The notes beneath the pieces are model-generated. The model was not told where the DNA came from. It was given only the letters and a program-made list of their open reading frames with translations, and ran no database searches. A stretch of DNA of 64,000 bases from Leucoraja ocellata. Taxonomy: Eukaryota. A program made the position numbers and the translations under genes. The stretch lies in NCBI GenBank assembly GCA_036785375.1, contig JAWMAR010000030.1:9300001-9364000 (forward strand), read 5' to 3'. This document shows positions 54,101 to 64,000 of the stretch, piece by piece; the first letter of the stretch is position 1, and each line of letters begins with the position of its first letter.

Positions 54101-54869
54101 AGTGAAATCACAACATGTTAAGAGCACTGAAGTGCTGCTTCAGGTAGCAGCTTCGCACAGAAAATAGTCCAAAGATTATCTTATGATATACCATCTAGTA
54201 GGTGGAATTGGGAAAGGTCCTGGTCAGCAAATCACATGACTGCCAAAGCAAAAGTAAAATCCACAGTCTATCCATCACTCCACCAAACAACAAGACTTAA
54301 ACTAAGAATCCATCAATCAGGTAACATTAAAGATCTCATTAACTAGTTTTAAAATGCAGGGAATATTCACCACAGCAATTTTCATAATTATTATTGATCC
54401 AAGAACTTGTTACGGTGAATACAATTTGAAAGTACGTCACTGGTTTAAACCAGTGAGATGACCTGATTGTGTGGGTAGCATCTAAACAGTTACATTGGTA
54501 TGACACTTGGACACGCACACATGCTCAGCTTCGAATCTTTACTGATTTCATCCACCAAGCCCAGGACAATGTGGAAAGAGTAATATCTAGAGCAGAAAAG
54601 GTCCTTCATCAACCACACAGTAACCCAACACCATACCATTCTCTGTCCAGCCAAAATGAGCAAAATGTCTTGAAAGATTGAATGGCTTAGAACGAGAGGG
54701 CACTTGGTTTAAACAAGATCCGTGGACAAGTCTGGAATGAGTCAAAGTTTAACAATTTTGGGGATGGCTATTTAAGACAGATGTAGCCAAACATTTTTGA
54801 TGATCAAAACTCTCTGGAACTTCTTAAAAAATGTTTGGAAGTAGAATCTTTGAATGTTTTTAAATAAGA

Positions 54870-55585
54870 CTAGACCAAGTCTGATCCCCCAACGCACCCG
54901 TTCCCCACCCATAGCCCCCACAGGAGGCATGGTCCTCCAACTCAAGCCTTTGCGAACATAAGATTCCATCACTCCCCTTGCCTCCCTCAGCAGTGATCAT
55001 TTGAAAAGAATTCCAATTGCACTTGCCCTGCGTGTTGCAATAGCAATTCACCCTCCCCCCTGCTAGTCTATCCACTGTGACGTCATCAGTTGAAGCTGGT
55101 CGGTTAGAAATTGAAGGTATTTTGATTTTAAGCTTTGATCAGTAATAAATCGAGAAATTAAGTATGAAATGTTCAGTGAAAGTGATCTCTGAGGGGAAAA
55201 ATGTGTCAGAACAAGGAAAAATCTTGTGAAAGTTGGCATTTTTAAAGCTTTAATTGCGAATAACATGTCAAATATAGGATAAAATCCTCACCGAGGCTCA
55301 GCACTGCTAGCTGATCCATTGTGACGTCGTCATTTGAAACTGGTGGTTTTAATTTCAAAGTCTTTTGACCTTTTTAGACTTTTAATCAGTAATGATTCGA
55401 GAATAAGTCGAGAAATAAAGCATGAAATGTTCAGATAAGGTGATCCCATCCTCGACGGGAAGAATGTAAAAATGTAATCGTTACTACATAGTGTTTTTGT
55501 GAAGATGCAAAGACAACCACATACACACACACATATACACACTAACAAGATCAGAGTTTTAATAAATATATGATATATGATATGA
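54870..55585 (-). mobile_element. Non-autonomous Helitron-like element inserted into a CR1 tail
   Basis: A|TC...CTTGGTCTAG|T boundaries; 5' ttattaaaactctgatcttg resembles ttactgaaagtctgttcttg of the 11.8 kb copy; internal degenerate duplication (about 55070-55180 vs 55315-55440). Confidence 0.65.
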
Positions 55586-58516
55586 TAGAGGTAGACAGAT
55601 TCTTGATAAGAAAGAGGTGAAAGAACAGCAGAGATAAGCAGGAATGCCAAGTTGAGATTAAAAATCAGATCACCCCACATCTTACTGAACTGCAGGTCAC
55701 CTACTTTTGTCCCCAATTCAAATATACTTATACTTGTGCAAAATCTACCATAAAAGCAACATAAATCAGATACTGTTAAAAGTTCTCTCTGAATTATGCT
55801 TTACATGGTATCGTTTAATATAGAAAAAAATCTACATGTGAAGCTCTGATTTTATTTAAAAATCAACATGAAATCTGTCAATTAATCTGCAAAAAAACAC
55901 AATTTTAAATTACTGGAGACGACCTTGAAACATTGGTTCAAAATATTAGCAGGAAGCACTCAGCAGGCTAGACAAGACTGGTGAAAAACATTGCAGGTTC
56001 ACAACCGATGATTAGCGAGCATAGTATTTTGTTGTATTTTTACTTAACAGTTCCAATATTTGTAATTGTGCACATTTCTTACTATTTTATACCTTGGTTT
56101 GGGTACAGTGGTCAGTTCCAATTATATTTAAGATGTCAAAATCTGAAATCTATCCACTAACACCCTTACTTTGAAAAGATCCAGCTTAATTTTGAGACCT
56201 CGCTGAAGGTTTATAAATTAACCTTAATTAGTAGATACTCCCAAAGATCATTAATTCACAAGTGGGGGTAGCCAGTTTTGAGAATTGGGCCAAAAACTCA
56301 AGTTGTGCAATTTACACTTAAAACACCTGGGGTTTTATTTACTCCAGCACAGCAAATGAAAGCCCCAACATAAATGTACACAAGGTCATGTAATTCAACT
56401 GATGTGCCAAATTAAATATGAATTTATTTGGAAACATCTCTGTGGGAGATTTGCTCATTTATTTTACCAACACTTTTGCAGAATACCTTTTAACCTCTAA
56501 CCCCCCCCCCCCCTTATTGTGTGTTTACAGCTCTCAGACCTGCATGAATGCCAAGTAACACCATGCCATTTGTTACATCTATTAGCATTTGTAAGTGGCA
56601 AAACCAGATTCCCACACTAGTCCATCATGCATTCCTCTTATTTAATTACCAGTATAATGTTTAAAGTCACTGTCCGCTGCACGATCTGATCTAAAACATG
56701 AAGCATTAAAACCACTCCATAACATTCAGATCTTGCACGGACAGTGAAAAAACTGAATTGGGCCCTAATCTCACCTCACAGGCATCAGTACCAGCACTCA
56801 ACTGAACTCCAAATTACACAAATCTGAAAATAACATCTTAACAAGAAATGCTACACAGGCAATAATGCCAGAAACGACAAACAAAAAATGAGAAAAGTTG
56901 ACATTTAAAAATAACGGAGGTCTTACAGTACACGACTTCTATCCTCCTCCAATCAAACCTGTTAAGTGAGCCACAGAGAACCTCACTCAATACTACCAAA
57001 GTTCTAGTTTTAATTATTTCATTAACAAGATGCAAAGATCTTACATTCAGAATAGCCCTTAGTTGCATGGTCGTACAGATCCACTTCAGATCATGATCTG
57101 AAGATATTCCAATGCAGCTGTTGTTTAGTGATTTCAAGAATACTTTCCTTACAAAGACAATATATTTTAAAGAGAGGACGGCACACATCTTGAAAGGGAG
57201 TTTGCTCTGCATTGTTCTGTGCACAGTTCCAGGCAGATAGGCACAAAAAGCTGGAGTAACGCAGGTCAGACAACATCTCTGGAGCAAATGAATAGGTGAC
57301 GTTTCGGGTCGAGGCCCTTCTTCAGCCTCTGGGACTGAAGAAGAGCCTCAACCCAAAACATCACCTATTCCTTTTCTCCAGAGATGCTGTCTGACCAGCT
57401 GAGTTATTCCAGCTTTTTGTGTCTATCGTCGGTTTAAACCAGCATCTGCAGCTCCTATGACACAGCTCCAGACATGGATATTTCACACATTACTAACTAT
57501 AGTTTAGTTTGGAAATACAGTGTAGAAGCAGGCCCTTCGGCCCACTGAGTCCGTGCCAACCAGCAATACCCGCACATTAACACTATCTTGCACACACTAG
57601 GGACAATTTACATACACCAAGCCAATTAACCTACATACCTGTACGTCTTTGGAGTACGTCTGTACAGCCAATACTCCAAAGGCTGGAGCCAATTTGAAGA
57701 CAAATGTTTCATTCAGCATATCCAACCTCTCTTACTCTCGATATCATGTTTTTGGTGCCATTCAAGGGTAAAAGATCAATTTGATGTTTATGTGATACTC
57801 TAATTTCATCACCTACAATATTTTTAGAAGAGTGGAACATAATTCCTAGTCATTCTTTCCCAAAATACCGCTTTTGGGTTGAATAAAACCAAAATAAATC
57901 AATACTAAGATTCCAGAGGGAAACACCCACTGCTTCTGTTCAAGATAATTGGTAGGTAAAATGTCAAACTGCTTCCAGTGACAAACCTTTGTACAATTTA
58001 AACCATTGTGTAGTTTCAGATCCCGTCTACTGAACAAATAAAGGGCAGGTCAGTGATTATTTGCTTGTACGAAAGGCAATAAAAACGAACTACAAAGGAG
58101 GTAGCACCCTTCAGAAATTTGAATTCACAGATTCAATCTTGGTACATCACATTTAAAAGCTTTCTTTTCACACATCAGTTATCAAGGCTTTGGATGGACA
58201 GGTTAAATTAAAGTTCCATTGCCAACTGCAATGCTTAAAAAGTACCAAATCAAAACCTAGATTTCAGGGATCGAGTCTTAAAGTCTCAAGAAACTAGTAC
58301 CTAATGCAGATAGTTCTGCTATAACGTGTTTCCATAACATGAAACTTGACAAGCAGAAATATGCTATCTTGGATTTAAACAGAAGAGGGGTAAAAAGTTT
58401 CCATATAGCAGCCTTGTAGTTATCAGACATAATTGTCCCTCAATAACACAGCTGCTGTTTTAACTGTGTGACCAATGGAATAAGCGAGTTCGGTATTCCG
58501 ACTGCGTATGCCCAGG

Positions 58517-59435
58517 TCATAGATCACTAGCTGTAAAACAGTCTTGGCAACGGTGGTGCTGCGTTGTGTGCAGGCTTGCGTTACGTCCATAGTAGTAGTT
58601 GGCTCTCCGTCGCTGCAGGTTATGTTGAGTTGCTGTTAGGCCATCCGTGTCCCCTCCCCGGTGTCCCGTCCCTGTCCAGAGGTGTCTGAGGTGGCCCTGG
58701 ACTTGCAGCCACTGGCTCCAGCTCGGCCTGCCCCGCTGGGTCCCCTCCACCTCTATCCCCCTCCCCTCAGTCCGACACTGAGATTGTGCTGAAGATGGGC
58801 AGCCGCCGGGTGACTTGGAGCCACTGGAGTCGTCCTGGTTGGAGGGTCTGCGTATGGGCTCTTGCTGGCCATCTGCTGGAGCTGCGGGTACTGTTGGTGA
58901 TGGTGGTGCTGCCTGCAGCAGCAACCTCCTCCCCCTCCCTTGCCCAGCCCCAAGCCCAGAGTCCAGGCCAGCTCTAACTCCAGGTCATGGCTGAAGGCAG
59001 CCCGCAGTGCGGGACAGTCTAGCACCGGACCAGAGGAGGCTGAGCACAGGCTGGCGCTCTGGCGCAGACGAGGCCGGGGCCCTCGCTCCTCCTCAGGGCT
59101 GTGGATGAAGTGGCAGTGGGTACCGTAAGGGCAGAAGCCGGTGGCGTGCAAGGTACGGCTTGGAGTTGGCGTAGCGGCTGAGGCCGTAGGCAAACTAGCA
59201 CTTGTCGCCGTAGCGGCCCACTGGGGAGCGGGTTCCTCTAGAGCTGGAGCGGGGTTGGGCTGGAGTTGACGCCGGCTGTGGGTTCAGTGGCTCTGGGGCT
59301 GCTGGTGTTGGGTTTAGCGCTTTAGGCCTGGGGGCCGGTGTCCCGTCGGTCCGGACTTCTCGGGCGGTCCGGCAGAGCTTGCGAGTCTCCCCCTCCTCCC
59401 GGTCTCCTTCTGCCCCCAACCCGGTCTCCCCCCAC
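58517..59435 (-). pseudogene. ZFP36: Decayed, probably retrotransposed ZFP36/TTP (TIS11)-family copy
   Basis: Remnant first CCCH finger RYGDKC*FAYG (stop at 59195-59197); second finger RTLHATGFCPYGTHCHFIH (59101-59157); RPRLRQS; SSGSKSP; C-terminal RRLPIFSTISVSD* (stop 58767-58769) in a shifted frame. Deletions and frameshifts present; GC-rich island in an AT-rich intron. Paralog assignment is tentative. Confidence 0.85.
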
Positions 59436-62400
59436 CCCTGATGGGCCTGTTTCCATGCTGTATAACTAGGATAGATTTTGAAACATTAATGAAATTGAGG
59501 TATGATCCCAGCACAGAAAGTAGTTTTCAGAGAATGACACATTACTTCAAATTTCCTCATCTGAGCAAGGAAACAAAGCAGTCATTACACTTTAATTAGT
59601 CATCTTTCGGTTAAAGAGAAGAACTGTATGATGTAAATTCTGTATTTACACAAATCATCCCTCCGCTATAATCACTACATTTATAAAAAAAATGTCAGAG
59701 CTCACTTTTTTTTTATCAATTGAAATCTGGTCTGAACTTCTCAGCTTTTTAGGTTTTGTAAACGTCAATTACAAGATGACAGACTTCACTGAAAAATCAA
59801 CGAAGTATCAAAGGAGTAACAATATGCTATGCTACCAACCCACTTCCTTTCATCAAATTGGACACTTAATTATAAACTTGCATTTGAAATCTCCATGGGC
59901 TGACTATACCATTTTATGGGAAGCCAGGCAAGTGTAGCAATGCTTAGTAAAGATAGCAACGTGTAAAGTAACAGAACCCGAGTAAGAAAAATCCCCTCGT
60001 GATTTTACCCACCCTGCAGACCAATTGGGTCACCCTCCTGTGGACGGATTAATTTTGAGATACAGCATGGAAACTTTGGCCCACCAGTGACATGCCAATT
60101 ACTGATCACCCAGTCACACAAGTTCTGTTATTGCATTTACGCATTCACAATTTTGAGTCCAATTAACCTACAAATCCACTTGTCTTTGTGATGGGGAAAC
60201 CGTATGCCTTTCAACAGCATTGTCAAATACATCTTCAGTTACATTGAGCCACGACCAACACAGACATGGTAGACACAAAATGCTGGAGTAACTCAGCGGG
60301 TCAAGCAGCATCTCCGGAGAGAAGGAATGGGTGACGTTTTGGGTCGAGACCCTTCTTCAGAGTTCTTTCCTACACCAACACAGACATATTCAGTCCAATA
60401 GATTCACCAGGCAATAAAGAAATGATTGAAAACATTGATATACCAATGTTTACAGGACCAGCCAATAATAATTAGTAATAAAGATATATGCTCAAGACTT
60501 AGCTGCATCTCCAAACAAGTTGTTCCATTACAGTAATAATGCATCTATCAGACAATTGGAAAATTAACCAGGAATCAAAATTCAAAAGCAAAGGATATAT
60601 CCCAGTCAGTACCACCCAGTGTTTCTTTTACAATCAACAGCAACTTTCATCTCTTAGTGAGCGTTGGTGAGCAGATTTCATCAGGACCACTCCTCAGCAG
60701 ACATCATATGAGGACCAAAGAGCTGAATTCCAAAGGTGATATTGACAAATCCTTGACATCTAGATTGTATTTGAATAAGAGCGGCATCTGGAAGCCCTGC
60801 ATAACTGACCATAGATGTCAAAAACCAATGGTTGGAGTCATACTTCCCAAAAGGTAAGGTGGTTCTGGTCATAGGAGGAGCATCACATCAAATCATGGCA
60901 GAAGTTCCTTATAGCGGCCTCCCATGCTCAACCAGCCAAATTTGCTTCAGTGACTTCCCTTCCTCATCAGACTTTATAATGGAATACAACAAAAGGGTTT
61001 ACACATTCAAATCACAAATCCTCAGCAAACGAACTGAGCACAAATCGTTATCAAACTTACACCAGCATAGTGCAAGAACTGGATAACAACCCAGTAAGTG
61101 ATAACTAATTTTCATGCTACAAAAGTGTCAGACAATGGTCACCTTTAATAAGGGAACAGTTATCAAACTACCCCCCGATATTCAACGGCACAACCATCAA
61201 GTTAACTTACATCAAACTCCATTGACCAGAAAAGCAACTGATAGTTAGAAATACAATGATTATATGGGGTAGGACAGAGACAAAGGCAAACAATCCTCTT
61301 CTTGAAACACATCCAAAAGGCAGAATTCAGGAGTGATTTATTTTGCCTCCTTTTGCCTGGATGACTGTAACTCTAGTGAGGCTAAATGCCCATTGTAAAT
61401 TCTTTGCAAAGAGCTCCATCCAAACCTGCACTAAAAAGACGCTGAACTAACAATGAACTATAAATGCAGATTGGACCACTGTTTTTTTTCCCCGCTAATT
61501 TTCATCACATACTGCAAATATTCAACTGAATGTTGCCTGTCCCAACGCTCAAAACCGCATAAGAAGTAGTTTGCTTAAAAGTCTAACTTTGAACATTTTG
61601 TTCTTTACACAATGTACCAGAGTACCTTAGTCCACCAGACAGCTTATGCATAGGGTCTACTTTACGTCATCCTGACATCACACCTGGTAATTCTTGATTA
61701 ATAATGTCTCATCTACAACCGAGCATCCAAAGGAGATTAAGTGTTTCTGTCTGTGTGTGTATGTGTGTATAGTCCATCAGGATGGTTGCGATCAATCTGA
61801 TCTGTCCGCCACCCTGTTGAGCCACCCATGCTCTTTTCTTTCCCATCCACAAGGGCAACCCCATCTTTAAATACAACATATTATCAACTAGACATTGTAA
61901 AGCAAAAGGTTTATATAAGGGAAGTATGTCACTCCAAAAAATGTTCCCAGATATTCTTACCATGAAAGCCCTCAAAGACATTGAAAAACCAGTGAATACC
62001 TAACATTCAAACATTACAATTATTTCAATATTAATTAAAAAAAAATAGATTTTTATAAAATTAAGGATGGTAAAAGATTTAATAGGAGACCGAGGGTAAC
62101 TTTTTTTACCCAAAGGTTGGTGGGTATATGGAATGAGCTGCCAGGAGGCAGATACTATCATAATATTAAGAGATAAATATTATCTCTTGGTACATGGATA
62201 GGATAGGTTTAGAAGGTTATGAACCAAGCACTGACAGATGGGACAAGTATAAATGGGTCACGTTGGTCGGCGAGGGGAAGTTGGGCCATATTGCGTGTTT
62301 CTATGCCTATCTGACTATTACTCAATAAAATAAGACAACAGGGAAATCATGTATATTTAATTGTTTTGTCAGCAAACACATTTAGCATAATTCATTCAAA

Positions 62401-64000
62401 AATTGAAGCCACCACATTATAGGAAGGATGTTGTTGCAATGGGGAGAGTGCAGATGAGATTTACCAGGATGTTGTCAGATTGGAGGACTTCAGCAGTATA
62501 TTTATTTATTTTATTGATTTTATTAGCCAAGTATGAAAACAAAACAAGTATGTAAATCATACGAGGAATTTGCTTTGCATACAAGCCATACCAAAACAGC
62601 AACAAAACACGCAACCACATAATAATTTAACACATAAATCCATCATAGCGGCTCCTCCACATTCCTCACTGTGACGGAAGGCATTGAATTGGCTGGTACA
62701 CAAAAAAGCTGGAGAAACTCAGCGGGTGCAGCAGCATCTATGGAGCGAAGGAAATAGGCAACGTTTCGGGCCAGAACCCTTCTTCAGACTAATAGGGGGT
62801 GGCGGGGAGAAGGAAGGGAAAAGGAGGAGGAGGAGCCCGAGGGCTGAGGGATGGGAGGAGACAGCCCGAGGAAGGGGAGGAGACATCGGCTGGGATTGAT
62901 TTCCTTAGACTAAGTAGTCCGAGGGGTGGCCTGATAGAAATATATAGAATTTCCCCATGGTAAGGACAGAAAATACAAGAGGAGATAAGTTTGAGAGGAA
63001 GGAGTTTTACAGGGCTTGTTTTAAATAAAGAAAATGCCCTTTCCTCCAATATATGTAATTGGTCTTAAAATGGTTGATTTTGTGGTTGATAGTTGGAACT
63101 TGTCGCCAGAGGTGGTGATACAATCACTAAATTCAAGAGACTTTTAGACACACACTCAAATAGGTAAATGGTTTGGTAGAGATGGAAAAAAAAAAAAAAG
63201 TGGATCACTAGGCCCATTTCTGTGTTGCCCTACTTTATTACTAAGACTTTACTCCAAGCTTATTCCTTTCCTACACAACCAATCCTTTCACTGAAAGCAT
63301 GGATATGAAGAACACAGCCCAGAGAGATTGCTATTAGGGCCTGTCAAGACATTCAGAACTTCTATAATCGCACAAGGGGGATCTCTTTAATGACTCATTT
63401 GTTAATCTGCTCCTCTCTAGAAACAACAGTTGTGCGCTACTGGAATTACATGACATGAATGACAGGCCAGAGTGACCAAGCTCTTCACAGCAGAGCCTGT
63501 TACTTTGTATGATGTACAAAATTAAGGAAGCAATCTGTTCCCTTTACGAAATAGAGGAAATAGCTAACATTTTTATTTACTTTCCAATTGCATCAGAAAA
63601 AGCACTTCCCACAGCCAACAGACCTAATTTTGAAATTGAGCAAGATATTAGCTTGTCAATACCTCTGCCCATCCAACTAAAGGATACAAATTCATTAGAC
63701 CGTGAGAATATCAGTTAACTAATATTGCTGGGAAACAATACAATTATCCCCTAAAAGAGACATGCAAACTGTTCATACAACACCATCAGTAAATCTAATC
63801 GCCACATTGAGTTTTGTGCAATCACCAATTGAATTTCAATACATTGCTAAAAAACTAAGAAACAGCAATACTTTAAGACCTAGATGCAAAAAATTGCATC
63901 TTATGCGTTGGTGAGCTACAGGTCATCCCCAAGGTTTGCTCCTGTGTATGGGCTGTATTTCAGTCGGGTACTTGTAACCTGCAGAGGACTGGACTGGTAC

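Noticed and set aside
39675-64000. WAPL start-codon exon (MTSRFGKTY...) or promoter/CpG island
   Set aside because: No such peptide in the ORF track or by eye; the only GC-rich island is the ZFP36-like pseudogene, so the 5' end is presumably beyond the window.

Overview
Eukaryotic (vertebrate) genomic DNA. The repeat content (HE1/V-type tRNA SINEs, CR1, Rex1-like LINEs, Penelope-like elements) suggests a cartilaginous fish, probably a skate or ray; this is inference. The window is the interior of the cohesin-release gene WAPL on the minus strand. Seven consecutive coding exons have canonical AG/GT boundaries and compatible phases (39658-38600, 30760-30642, 13959-13819, 8318-8166, 7047-6911, 3013-2902, 2193-1969). 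I did not find the start-codon exon or the C-terminal exons, which appear to lie outside the window. The introns hold CR1/Rex1 fragments, SINEs, PIF/Harbinger MITEs with TWA target duplications, a Tc1-like MITE, two non-autonomous Helitrons, many Penelope-derived short elements carrying a minimal hammerhead-like core, and a decayed ZFP36/TTP-family copy. The most notable unexplained signal is in the intron between the 119-nt and 141-nt exons. Two long, apparently non-repeat, rod-like fold-back structures (about 23405-23813 and 27380-27729) have arm mismatches biased toward G-U pairs on the WAPL sense strand and share a UGUAUAA apex. Each overlaps a candidate alternative exon: one in-frame 93-nt cassette whose 3' splice site is buried in the stem, and one stop-containing exon. 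All alignments and folds were done by eye.
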